From an uncultured bacterium (GTDB taxonomy: Bacteria; Macinerneyibacteriota; Macinerneyibacteria; Macinerneyibacteriales; CAYRFE01): a stretch of 59,743 nt of DNA. Below are positions 1 to 8,600 of this stretch, in pieces (positions within the stretch are counted from its first letter, which is position 1; every line of letters begins with the position of its first letter). The translations under genes were made by a program, and so were the position numbers. The notes beneath the pieces were generated by a model. The model had not been told where the DNA came from and made no database searches. It was given only the letters and a program-made list of their open reading frames with translations. The stretch covers positions 1-59,743 of the forward strand of contig CAZIJP010000001.1 in NCBI GenBank assembly GCA_964539615.1, read 5' to 3'.

Positions 1-16
1 TGTTATGAAAATAAAG

Positions 17-451
17 CTACAGCAACTTCTTTCCGCATAACGGGCATTTTTCAGGGATGATATCGATACCGGTCCAGCCGCAAACATCGCATGCGTATGC
101 GTTACGTACTGGCGTTTTTTTTGCATGGTCTTGTTCCATTATCATGTAAGCCATTTTAGCGGCGTCTCTTGTTCGTGAAGCGAGTTTCTCCGCCTCACGC
201 CCCATTTTTTTCGCTTCAATTTCGGCGGTAGATAAAAACACTTCAATATCAATTTTTATCTCGTTTAAGATCGAATCTACAGAATCGTTTTCATGAAGAT
301 ACTGATATACATTCATCATTTGCGTGTGAGCGCCGTCGGCAAGCGCTCGGTAAACTTCCGCATTCTCGCCCTTTTCTATACACGCCCTATAAAAACAATA
401 TAAACGCGACATACGGTGAAACAGTTCCGTCATAACGGTCGGCTTTGTCAT
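17..451 (-). CDS. rubrerythrin-like helical protein with a C-terminal rubredoxin-type zinc ribbon
   Basis: The ORF-track start (GTG at 457) is unlikely. An ATG at 451 lies 5 nt after an AAGGAG embedded in the tilS 3' end. The helical N-terminal part carries DxxH (ADGAH) and ExxH (EQDH). The C-terminus has CDVC-x11-CPLC, as in rubrerythrin C-termini. The family call rests on motif pattern only. Confidence 0.45.
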   Translation of the reverse strand: MTKPTVMTELFHRMSRLYCFYRACIEKGENAEVYRALADGAHTQMMNVYQYLHENDSVDSILNEIKIDIEVFLSTAEIEAKKMGREAEKLASRTRDAAKMAYMIMEQDHAKKTPVRNAYACDVCGWTGIDIIPEKCPLCGKKLL

Positions 452-453
452 GG

Positions 454-1830
454 TCACTCCTTCGTGTGCATCTCTGTATGCACTGTGTAGCGTATATGAA
501 TATACGGTTTTTTAAACGGTACGTCTGAATAAGCGCTCTTATCAATGCCTATGATACTGTAAATATGCTCTTTATCGGTGATCAGCAGCACTTTATCACG
601 CAGTACTCTCGGGATACGCATATCATTGAAATATTTTTTTAGTTTGCGGCGTTTCACGGTCCTCATTGAAATGAACACATCGCCGGGAGTGCGTGTCCGC
701 GCGGTGAGAGACGGTAGATCAATGAGGACAGAAGGAATATAACACTCATTATCGTCAATAAAGACCGGCAGGTCATTGTCCCATTCATGTACGGCAATGG
801 TCGTCTTGTATTTATCGATGAATGTCTCGCCCGGTACCAGTGGGAATTCATCCTCAATGAAAAAATCTTCCTCTTCAATGAAGTAAAGTTGTTCGAAATT
901 ATAATGAACTTCCAAAAAATCACTCATCGTTACGTATTTTCCGGAATTTTTCCCGAGTATCAATTCCATGATAGAGGCGGTTTTATCATAGGATAACGTC
1001 AGTTTATAATAGGTCTTGGTGATATACTCGATGATATCCGGCAACAGCAGAGGTTCAATGGCCGCAAGCTCCAGCACATATCCGCCTTTTACGACATATA
1101 AATGTTCTTCGATCGCTTTATTGACCTGCTCGCCGACCAGCTGGTGGGCATTTTTGACGATCGAATGAAAACGCATCAATGCATCATCGAATCGAGGGTT
1201 GATCTCGGCAAGTAACGGTATGATCTCATTGCGGATCTTATTGCGTTCATACGTGTTGACGGCATTGGTACTGTCTTCAACAAAATCAATACCGGAATCT
1301 TTAAGATACGCACGGATCTCATCGGCGGAAACGGATAACAACGGACGAATGATCATTCCGCGTTGTTCGTGAATTCCCGTGAATCCGTCAAGCCCGGTGC
1401 CTTTAATAAGACGCATGAGCAATGTCTCAACCTGATCATCTTTTGTATGTGCCGTGATTATTTTCGTATAGCCGTGTAATCGGGCATACCGCTCAAGAAT
1501 TTTATAACGAACCTCGCGTCCGCTATCCTCCAGAGAGCGTTTCCACATAAGCGAAAGTAATTTTACGTTCACACGTTCTACATGGAAGGTCATGCCTAGT
1601 GATTCGGTAAAATCCTTGCAAAACTGCTCATCATGATTGCTGTCGTTGCCGCGCAATTTATGATTGACATGCAGACAAGCCATTTTATTGATACCGAGTT
1701 GCTGCTTGAACCTGAGTAAGGCCTGAGCGCAAAACACGGAATCTTTCCCGCCCGAAAGAGCGATCAACACCGAATCGCCGGGTTCGATTAAATGGCGGTT
1801 GGTTATGAAATCATATACTTTTTCCAGCAT
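454..1830 (-). CDS. tilS: tRNA(Ile)-lysidine synthetase
   Basis: 458-aa ORF with an N-terminal PP-loop (ALSGGKDSV), HVNHKLRG and TAHTKDDQVETLLMRL motifs, and a long C-terminal substrate-binding region. Its start overlaps the upstream gene stop (TGATG). Confidence 0.9.
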   Translation of the reverse strand: MLEKVYDFITNRHLIEPGDSVLIALSGGKDSVFCAQALLRFKQQLGINKMACLHVNHKLRGNDSNHDEQFCKDFTESLGMTFHVERVNVKLLSLMWKRSLEDSGREVRYKILERYARLHGYTKIITAHTKDDQVETLLMRLIKGTGLDGFTGIHEQRGMIIRPLLSVSADEIRAYLKDSGIDFVEDSTNAVNTYERNKIRNEIIPLLAEINPRFDDALMRFHSIVKNAHQLVGEQVNKAIEEHLYVVKGGYVLELAAIEPLLLPDIIEYITKTYYKLTLSYDKTASIMELILGKNSGKYVTMSDFLEVHYNFEQLYFIEEEDFFIEDEFPLVPGETFIDKYKTTIAVHEWDNDLPVFIDDNECYIPSVLIDLPSLTARTRTPGDVFISMRTVKRRKLKKYFNDMRIPRVLRDKVLLITDKEHIYSIIGIDKSAYSDVPFKKPYIHIRYTVHTEMHTKE

Positions 1831-2789
1831 CAGCCGAAAAACACTTCCGTTTCAAACATTTTTTCGTATCCGGTCCAGACCACGCCTTCGGAACGAGCGG
1901 CCCTGAGATCCATGAATTTTCTGGTCTTTGCGTCAATATTATCGATCATATGTACTAAAAATGCTTCAGGCGTACGCGGCAGCATCACTGCGCCGAATTC
2001 CGGTTTTCCATGGTGGGATAATATGATATGCGTGATCTTCTGAACGGTCACGGGATCGATGGTGATCGTTTTCGCCGCTTCATGAACCATTTCTGCACCT
2101 ATCACGATATGTCCTATCAGGCGACCCTCGTCGGTGCGCTCGATAAAACCGAATGTATTTTTATATTCAACAACCTTGCCGATATCATGAAGCAGAATCC
2201 CCGCCATTAGTATATCGCGGTCGAACGTGCCCTCGGGATATTCGGCAGCGGTCTTGTCGGCGAGTTTACACATCTGCATGGTATGTTCCAGCAGGCCGTA
2301 GACGTAATTATGATGGAATCCCTGCGCAGCAGGCGACGTAAAGAACTGCTCCTTGATTTCGCCGGAGAACATTGCCGATAACAAGGCGGAGATCTCGGTA
2401 TTTTTGATTGAACCCATAAAGACATCAAATTCTTTTTTCATTTCCTCGGGATCACGTGAAGACGCAGGCATGAAGTCTTCTTTTTTTGCCTCAGTGGCTA
2501 TGGTGATACGGCCGACCACAAGCTGCATGTCGTTGTTGAAAAGATTGCCTTTACCCCATACTTTTATGACAAGCCCCGATTCATGTGCCAGGCGTTTTAC
2601 AATACCCGGGCATGATGCCTCAAACTCGCCGATCTTCCATACCTTTGCATTGACGGTACCATCGCGACGCGCTAAGGTCAGGTCACAGTAATCGCCGTTT
2701 TTCGACGGCTTTACCTCGGCATTCACAACAAGCGCCGATGTGTAAAATTCTTTTTTGTCCTCGATCTGGGAAAACTTCATTTCATCCAT
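1830..2789 (-). CDS. yhaM: YhaM-like 3'-5' exoribonuclease (OB fold plus HD domain)
   Basis: 319-aa ORF with an N-terminal OB-like region followed by an HD domain (LLHDIGK ... HHGKPEFGA). AAGGAG lies 8 nt upstream of the ATG. It is first in an apparent yhaM-tilS-rubrerythrin-like operon. Confidence 0.7.
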   Translation of the reverse strand: MDEMKFSQIEDKKEFYTSALVVNAEVKPSKNGDYCDLTLARRDGTVNAKVWKIGEFEASCPGIVKRLAHESGLVIKVWGKGNLFNNDMQLVVGRITIATEAKKEDFMPASSRDPEEMKKEFDVFMGSIKNTEISALLSAMFSGEIKEQFFTSPAAQGFHHNYVYGLLEHTMQMCKLADKTAAEYPEGTFDRDILMAGILLHDIGKVVEYKNTFGFIERTDEGRLIGHIVIGAEMVHEAAKTITIDPVTVQKITHIILSHHGKPEFGAVMLPRTPEAFLVHMIDNIDAKTRKFMDLRAARSEGVVWTGYEKMFETEVFFG

Positions 2790-3215
2790 GGTGTAAACTC
2801 CTTTGTATCACGATTTTCAATCATCTCGGTCCATAATAGCACGAATGAGGATATATGACAATATCATTCATATAAATCCGTTACCTATTTATAGCCGGCA
2901 TTCATCTTAAATCGTTCAGTCTCTGTATGTCCGATGAGGTAAAGAGTTATCTCGTATGAATATTTCCCAAACTATTTTAAACACAGATATTGCAGTGCTC
3001 TATTCGATCACACACTCAATAATGTATTGAGAGAATTCGACTTCTGAGCGCACGTCATGAACCACTATATCAGATACTTACAATATCGGCACACACAGCG
3101 AATTTCAAATTTCTTCATCACTACTCTTTAGACATTGCGACACTTTTAACTTGGCTATCGTTGGATACAGCTTTAATACGAATTACACAACTCTTTGGCA
3201 TTTTACTCCTATTAA

Positions 3216-3548
3216 TTATTTTTCAATGACTTTTATTGGTTTTCCCGTTGTATCTATGAATATTACCTCGCCATTATATACAACTTCAGCAATGCCATAC
3301 ATAAAATAATTAGCCTTTGTATATATAGCATCGATAACCAATTTGCCGGAAGAATCAACATATCCATATTTGTTTTTTAATTGCACGATATATCTGTTAT
3401 CATAATTATAGTATGAAATATCGTCATATACCGGTTTAACAACCATAGTTCCCTTTTTATCAATAAATCCATATTTGTCTTTAAGTTTAACAGCTGCCAA
3501 GTCCCCCCAAAATGGACGAGCATCTTCAAACTGGTAATTTATTATCAC
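3216..3548 (-). CDS. WG/KWG-repeat protein, C-terminal part of a frameshift-split gene
   Basis: Built of repeated YGFIDKKG..VVKPVYDD / YGYVDSSGKLVIDAIY units. It starts at GTG with no SD. The same frame stays open upstream through another intact repeat as far as the A9 tract. Confidence 0.6.
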   Translation of the reverse strand: MIINYQFEDARPFWGDLAAVKLKDKYGFIDKKGTMVVKPVYDDISYYNYDNRYIVQLKNKYGYVDSSGKLVIDAIYTKANYFMYGIAEVVYNGEVIFIDTTGKPIKVIEK

Positions 3549-3579
3549 TTGTTCTTGCTTATTTATATATCCAAATTTA

Positions 3580-4245
3580 TTATTTTTTTTTAACAGGCGC
3601 TAACCCTTGAAAATATGAATCAGCATTCTCATACTTCGGCGTAATAACTAACTCGCCCTTTTTATTGACAAAACCATATTTTGAATTTATTCTCACAACA
3701 GCTAATTCTTCTAAAAATACACCAGCATATTCATATTTATTATTGCTTAAAAACTGCCCCGTTGTATTTACATACGAAAATTGCAATTTTTCATCGATAA
3801 TTTCAGCAACAACCGCAATATCATTATAAAATCCATTAATGTATGAATATTTCGGTTGAACAATAAAATTTCCTTTGGTATCAATTATTCCGTATTTTCG
3901 TAGATATTTGTTTCCTATTGAAACTATCGCATAACCTTGATCAAAAGGATCCCCGCTGGTAAATTGTGGTTTAATAAGAAGTTCATTTTTTGTATTGATA
4001 TAGCCCAGTAAATGTGTTTTTTTATCGCGAACGAGCGCAAGACCTTCAGTAAAATTCCATGCGTCTTCATATTGAGGTGTTATTACAATATTTCCATTCC
4101 TATCCATAAATCCATAATCACCATTCTTGTCTTTGAAATACAAATAATACTCAGATAAATCTTTGGGTGGATTTACTATATCGGAATTACAGATACCCAT
4201 TGCTGTCAGCAATAAAACAATAAATATCCATTTTCTTTTCATCAT
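3580..4245 (-). CDS. exported WG/KWG-repeat protein, N-terminal part of a frameshift-split gene
   Basis: N-terminal signal peptide (MMKRKWIFIVLLLTAMGICNS). About six YGF.D..G..VI.P.Y repeats follow. AAGGAG lies upstream of the ATG. The ORF ends KKK-stop inside an A9 run (plus-strand T9 at 3583-3591). Confidence 0.75.
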   Translation of the reverse strand: MMKRKWIFIVLLLTAMGICNSDIVNPPKDLSEYYLYFKDKNGDYGFMDRNGNIVITPQYEDAWNFTEGLALVRDKKTHLLGYINTKNELLIKPQFTSGDPFDQGYAIVSIGNKYLRKYGIIDTKGNFIVQPKYSYINGFYNDIAVVAEIIDEKLQFSYVNTTGQFLSNNKYEYAGVFLEELAVVRINSKYGFVNKKGELVITPKYENADSYFQGLAPVKKK

Positions 4246-4251
4246 ATCTCC

Positions 4252-4386
4252 TTATTTTAAAAATAACCCTAATCCTACAAGTAACGTATTCTCCCATTGA
4301 TTTATCTCATAGGCTGCATCCGCCCTATAATTCTTATACCTCACACCGAGCCCGCACGTGAACTTCTGCACGGATTCATCTCCCAA
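4252..4386 (-). pseudogene. possible C-terminal remnant of an outer-membrane beta-barrel gene
   Basis: A 44-codon open frame is bounded upstream by an in-frame TAA. It reads LGDESVQKFTCGLGVRYKNYRADAAYEINQWENTLLVGLGLFLK, an alternating aromatic/hydrophobic pattern like the last strands of OMP barrels. There is no start context. Confidence 0.25.
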
Positions 4387-4510
4387 TTACTGCTTTATGT
4401 CAACAGATGCAATAGACGGGTCATCATACATATAGTTACCAATGCATAATAATAGCGTACAATTTCATTTATGCAATTTGATTTATTACGGTTCGATCGA
4501 TCAAACGTCT

Positions 4511-4596
4511 CATAAGACCCATTATGTTGAGTGGCACCCTGCTCTGAAAACATGGGCTCTATTTTCGATTTAAACCGTGGTAGTTTTTTAAAAACA
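4511..4596. repeat. 86-bp direct repeat, copy A (partner at 6769-6854)
   Basis: An ungapped hand alignment with 6769-6854 gives 66/86 identical positions. This includes a perfect 19-mer, accctgctctgaaaacatg (4536-4554 = 6794-6812). Confidence 0.75.
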
Positions 4597-4675
4597 TGTA
4601 TCGGGCAAACCCAAAACTGTAATTATTGATTGAATCTTAAAATAATAACGTTATAATGAAAACGAGGTGAGAGAA

Positions 4676-4891
4676 ATGAATGCTTTGAAAATTATAAAGC
4701 GCTTAAAGAATACAACCATTGAGGAATTAAAACCTTACATAGGCGAAAAAGTTGAAATTATTGTGTTGCCCTTGGATGACAAAAAAAAGGATACCCTTTC
4801 AAAATCATCATTGCGTGATCTTTTTTCTCTTATTGATTCTTGTGCAGGCACAATGACATCGTATAAACGCGAAGAATTGTATGACCGATAA
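4676..4891 (+). CDS. vapB: VapB-like antitoxin (small protein upstream of the PIN toxin)
   Basis: About 71 aa counted from the ATG at 4676, with GAGGTGA upstream. The N-terminal beta-rich segment (EELKPYIGEKVEIIVLP) resembles small AF2212/DUF104-type antitoxins. The ORF overlaps the PIN gene by 11 nt. Confidence 0.55.
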   Translation: MNALKIIKRLKNTTIEELKPYIGEKVEIIVLPLDDKKKDTLSKSSLRDLFSLIDSCAGTMTSYKREELYDR

Positions 4892-5303
4892 AATCTTTAT
4901 CGATACAAATATTTTGGGTTACTTGTTTAATAATTCTGATGAACCAAAAAAACTACGAGCAAAGGAAATATTTCAGGAATTATTGACGAAGACGAATTAC
5001 AAGATCAGTTCACAGATTATAAATGAATTATGTAATGTTATGATGAAGAAAGTGATCCCTCCCGTTGAACATGATAAAATGGTGCAAATATTGTCGGTCA
5101 TTCCAGATCATGCAGTTGTAGAAACGACCAAAGATGATGCCATCAGGGCTTTGGACTTGAACGCAAAGTATCACTTTTCATTCTGGGATTCATTGATTAT
5201 TGCTGCAGCTGAAAAAGCTTCTTGTTCTATTATTTATAGTGAAGATTTCTCACATGATCAGAAAATTGAAACAGTAAAAATTATCAATCCTTTCAAGATC
5301 TAA
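4881..5303 (+). CDS. vapC: PIN-domain toxin (VapC family ribonuclease)
   Basis: 140-aa ORF with an N-terminal IFIDTNIL acidic motif, FWDSLIIAAAE, and a C-terminal SEDF. The size and the overlap with an upstream small ORF are typical of type II vapBC modules. Confidence 0.8.
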   Translation: MTDKIFIDTNILGYLFNNSDEPKKLRAKEIFQELLTKTNYKISSQIINELCNVMMKKVIPPVEHDKMVQILSVIPDHAVVETTKDDAIRALDLNAKYHFSFWDSLIIAAAEKASCSIIYSEDFSHDQKIETVKIINPFKI

Positions 5304-5652
5304 GCTTATATTTAAACTCTAAACATTAGTCCAATAAACGATACAAAAGATAGAAAAATCGGTTAGTAAAACAGTAAAAAACGCGGGAAAATGCACCAAA
5401 ATAGTGCTACTCAACATGCCCTTGATTATGTGACGCTATGTTAATATATAATTACAAGATACAAAAATTTCCTATAAGATTCGTTAATTGCTGTGTCACT
5501 GCCGGGATACAGTACCGATTGATCTTAAGCAATCTCGGAAAACCTATTTTATTGTTTATTCCTTAACGTGCTATTTCGTCCGTTTTCTGTGGTGCCCACT
5601 GGTAAAGTGTATTTTTTTTATCATACCGTATAATGTTTGCCGATATGAAACG

Positions 5653-5695
5653 TTTTTTCTCTGCCGATTAAGCCGTAAGACAGGCAGAGAAAAAA
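5653..5695. repeat. perfect 13-bp inverted repeat (hairpin) between convergent genes
   Basis: ttttttctctgcc (5653-5665) and ggcagagaaaaaa (5683-5695) are exact reverse complements, separated by a 17-nt loop. The T and A runs lie inside the stem, so this is not a canonical intrinsic terminator. Confidence 0.6.
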
Positions 5696-5819
5696 TGTCC
5701 CCGAAGGGCAAAGTGACCAACGGGAGCGAAGTCATATCGGCTGTTGTATGCAATTTTGCGCTGCCTTTTGTTTTATTGGATTTTTTAACACACAACATAT
5801 TTAAATTAATTCTGCTGCG

Positions 5820-6599
5820 TCAATAATCAATTTTTTTTCCAATAAAAAAAGCATAACCATAGTACTCATTGTATTTTTTGTATAATTCAGCTTCATGTCT
5901 TTGATTTGCGATTAATTCCTCAGCAATTTTATTCCCTTTATGTTTTTTTAAAAACATTTCCTGAACCAAAATTTGTGGTTCATAAAAATGTTTAGTCCAA
6001 CAATTATTTGGTATTATAAAGGAAGCAATAGGAATATATCCTGCTTCCTGTAATTGTTTAATTTTTTTCGGAATAGTATCTATTTCTGGATATTCTTTAT
6101 TCCAAAAATCATTGATTTCCTTTGGGCGCACTTCGGTGAACCAAGATGCTTCTGACACAGCAATATAACCTCCTGTTTTCAAAAACTTACGCCATTCGCT
6201 TAAACCCCGTTGAAAACCAATGTTATATATCGCTCCCTCTGACCAGATTAAATCTAATTCTTCACTATGGAAAGGAAGACTGTCCATCGAACCAACAATT
6301 CCTTTTACTCTGTTTTGAAGATTTGATCTTTCTGTATTTCTATTAAATATATCAATAAACTTTGAGAATAAATCAATTCCAGTAATATATCCTGGTGTAT
6401 TACTGGCCAGAGTCACTGTCTGTCCACCAGTGCCACAACCGATATCAATAATTTTTGATTTATCAGATAAATTATCAATGAAACTCAAAGCTTTTATGGT
6501 AATTTCTGGACTTCCAGGACCTTGCCTCTCCATATGGGAAAAATATTCACAGATTAAATCTAAATCAAATTCGTGGATGGTTTTGTTTTCATCACTCAT
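5820..6599 (-). CDS. class I SAM-dependent methyltransferase
   Basis: 259-aa ORF with the motif I sequence [12 protein letters not shown], followed by post-I and motif II/III spacing typical of Methyltransf_11/25-type enzymes. AAGGAGA lies upstream of the ATG. Confidence 0.8.
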   Translation of the reverse strand: MSDENKTIHEFDLDLICEYFSHMERQGPGSPEITIKALSFIDNLSDKSKIIDIGCGTGGQTVTLASNTPGYITGIDLFSKFIDIFNRNTERSNLQNRVKGIVGSMDSLPFHSEELDLIWSEGAIYNIGFQRGLSEWRKFLKTGGYIAVSEASWFTEVRPKEINDFWNKEYPEIDTIPKKIKQLQEAGYIPIASFIIPNNCWTKHFYEPQILVQEMFLKKHKGNKIAEELIANQRHEAELYKKYNEYYGYAFFIGKKIDY

Positions 6600-6768
6600 G
6601 ATTATCTCCTTTTATGGTGTGTGTTTCAAAAACGTCTTTCAGCGCATAATTGAATACAATGTTCGGGTATACGCCATATTGCGAATATTTTTTCATGTCT
6701 ACCTCTCCATAACTATCCTTTAGAAATAATAATATGTCAATATGATTTCAATATAATTTTCAACACCC

Positions 6769-6854
6769 CATAAGACACTTTCTGTTGAGGGAAACCCTGC
6801 TCTGAAAACATGCCTTCTATTTGCTTTTTAACCAGGCCTTGGTTTTAAAAAACA
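6769..6854. repeat. 86-bp direct repeat, copy B (partner at 4511-4596)
   Basis: See copy A. It has the same orientation and lies about 170 nt upstream, in the minus sense, of the methyltransferase start. Confidence 0.75.
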
Positions 6855-7339
6855 CCGAATATAAGTCGCTAGAATCTTATTTGGTTCCTACTTTTTACAA
6901 TCATCGTATTTAGATATGAACCATTTTAAATACTGTAGTAGTTTTCCGGTTAAAAAATATGGAAGATCCAGTAAATGATATACTTTCCCCTTTACTGCAA
7001 TTGCCGTTTTCTTTTACCAACTTGCCTTGCTCTACGTAAGATCTGTGGTTTTCGAGTGCTTTGCTCTTTACACAGATTGAGAGTATTCAAGATTGTGCGG
7101 TCACAACATAACGCCCCAGTGTTATATTGTCTACCATATCTGATACAATTATTGTCACAATGTCAATGCTATAACCGAATATCTAATCTGCACCAAGAAC
7201 TAGGAATAAATCATTTTGTAGCATTCTGTTTAATTTTCTATGCACCAAAACACACAAAACCAGTCAACTGAATTTTAGTGAAGCTTTTTTCTGCCTTATG
7301 TTATATACTGGTTCTGAAAAACAAGGAGATATCGCAATA

Positions 7340-8509
7340 ATGGATCTGAAAACGATCGGGTGGAGTGACTTTTTTCAACAAGGATTTGACGCATATAAAG
7401 CAGAAAAATGCCGGCTGAAAGAATACTACGCAACAAAGGAATTTTTCCCCGCGCGCGTTTCGGCGCAATTTAAAAACCGCTATGTCGTACTCAGTGAACG
7501 CGGAGAAGAAGATGCCGTTATCCGGCGGGTTTTTCTTCATGATATTGATTCGCGCTCAGACCTGCCTGTCGTCGGCGATTGGGTCATCCTTATCAACGCT
7601 GATAATTCACCCGTACGTATGATAGACGGCGTTCTGCCGCGCTCAAGCCAATTAGGCCGCAATTCCGAGAGAGGCGACGGAGTGTTTCACAATAGTGAGA
7701 ATAAAAATCCGGATCAAAAAAAATATTCCAAACTCAACAAAGGCGAACAGATATTAGGCGTCAATATTGATATCGCTTTTATCGTTACATCGCTCAATCT
7801 TGATTTTAATATTCGCAGGATCGAACGCTATCTAAGCATGGTCTTGGACGGCGGCGCTTCTCCGGTGATCCTGCTTACAAAGACCGACCTGTGCACAAAA
7901 AAAGAGATCGCCGAAAAACTTGTTGCAATAAAGACCATAGCCGTTGATGTGCCGGTTCATTGTATCAGCACGGTAAAGAACAAAGGGTTGGAAGAGCTTG
8001 AACAGTATTGGTCGTCCAATAAAACCATGGTTCTGTTGGGCTCATCGGGTGTCGGTAAATCGACGTTGATCAATAAGATCGTCGGGTATGAGAAAATGCT
8101 CGTACAGGATATATCCGATTATAAAGACAAAGGGCAACATACCACATCCCATAAAGAGATGATCATTCTTGAGCAAGGCGGTATCATCATTGATACGCCC
8201 GGTATTCGCGAGATACAATTGTCTTCAGATGAAGAAACGTTGAAGCAGGTATTCAGTGATATTTCCGAGGAAATCGACGCTCTATCAATGCATTGCAAAT
8301 TTCGTAGTTGCCGCCATGAGACCGAACCGGGTTGTGCCGTGCAGGCGGCATTACAAAAAGGCGAACTTTCCGAGGATCGGTGGAATTCTTACAATAAGCT
8401 TCTACGTCAGATCCAGCAAAGCAAAGCAAAAATTAAATCAACGGGCGTTTCCGGAAGCACAAAGGAACGTAAATTCAACATCTCAAAGGAAATACACAAA
8501 GACGACTGA
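7340..8509 (+). CDS. rsgA: ribosome small-subunit-dependent GTPase A
   Basis: Circularly permuted GTPase motifs are present: LTKTDL (G4) precedes GSSGVGKSTLIN (G1) and DTPGIRE (G3). The C-terminal zinc knuckle is CKFRSCRHETEPGCAV. AAGGAGA lies 8 nt before the ATG at 7340, which I prefer over the ORF-track start at 7298. Confidence 0.85.
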   Translation: MDLKTIGWSDFFQQGFDAYKAEKCRLKEYYATKEFFPARVSAQFKNRYVVLSERGEEDAVIRRVFLHDIDSRSDLPVVGDWVILINADNSPVRMIDGVLPRSSQLGRNSERGDGVFHNSENKNPDQKKYSKLNKGEQILGVNIDIAFIVTSLNLDFNIRRIERYLSMVLDGGASPVILLTKTDLCTKKEIAEKLVAIKTIAVDVPVHCISTVKNKGLEELEQYWSSNKTMVLLGSSGVGKSTLINKIVGYEKMLVQDISDYKDKGQHTTSHKEMIILEQGGIIIDTPGIREIQLSSDEETLKQVFSDISEEIDALSMHCKFRSCRHETEPGCAVQAALQKGELSEDRWNSYNKLLRQIQQSKAKIKSTGVSGSTKERKFNISKEIHKDD

Positions 8510-8559
8510 TATCTTGGTGTATTCGTCCATTCTTGTAAATAATGACAATAATTAAAAAA

Positions 8560-8583
8560 AACAGCGGAGAAAACTCCGCTGTT
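8560..8583 (-). terminator. intrinsic terminator hairpin (bidirectional position)
   Basis: A 10-bp stem (aacagcggag / ctccgctgtt) closes a 4-nt loop. On the minus strand the hairpin is followed by a T run (plus-strand A run 8554-8559). It lies between the convergent rsgA and aminopeptidase genes. Confidence 0.7.
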
Positions 8584-8600
8584 CAGTATTAAAAGGTCTC

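Noticed and set aside
3121-3201. 26-aa minus-strand mini-ORF (MPKSCVIRIKAVSNDSQVKSVAMSKE) with AGGAG 5 nt upstream, just downstream of the WG-repeat gene
   Set aside because: The SD is decent, but the peptide has no recognisable features and there is nothing to compare it with. It is too short to call without conservation or Ribo-seq data.
5653-5695. Calling the 13-bp hairpin a Rho-independent terminator
   Set aside because: The T and A runs are base-paired within the stem, so neither strand has a trailing U-tract. It is reported as an inverted repeat instead.
5488-5826. 112-aa plus-strand ORF and 75-aa minus-strand ORF in the vapC-methyltransferase gap
   Set aside because: The plus-strand ORF uses a TTG start, has no SD and has a Cys/Phe/Leu-rich composition. 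Both ORFs span the 13-bp-stem hairpin. The region is more plausibly non-coding.
4511-6854. The idea that the 86-bp repeats and the central hairpin are integron attC sites delimiting cassettes (TA modules are common in chromosomal integrons)
   Set aside because: Copy A contains GTTGAGT, which fits GTTRRRY, but copy B reads GTTGAGG. I could not find a matching RYYYAAC partner at attC-like distance on either strand. The repeats do not fold into the expected imperfect palindrome, and no intI gene is in the window. The repeats are kept as a finding, without the integron label.
6430-7271. 97-aa and 98-aa plus-strand ORFs upstream of rsgA
   Set aside because: The first overlaps the methyltransferase start on the opposite strand. 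The second is Cys/Leu-rich with no SD. Neither shows any family resemblance.
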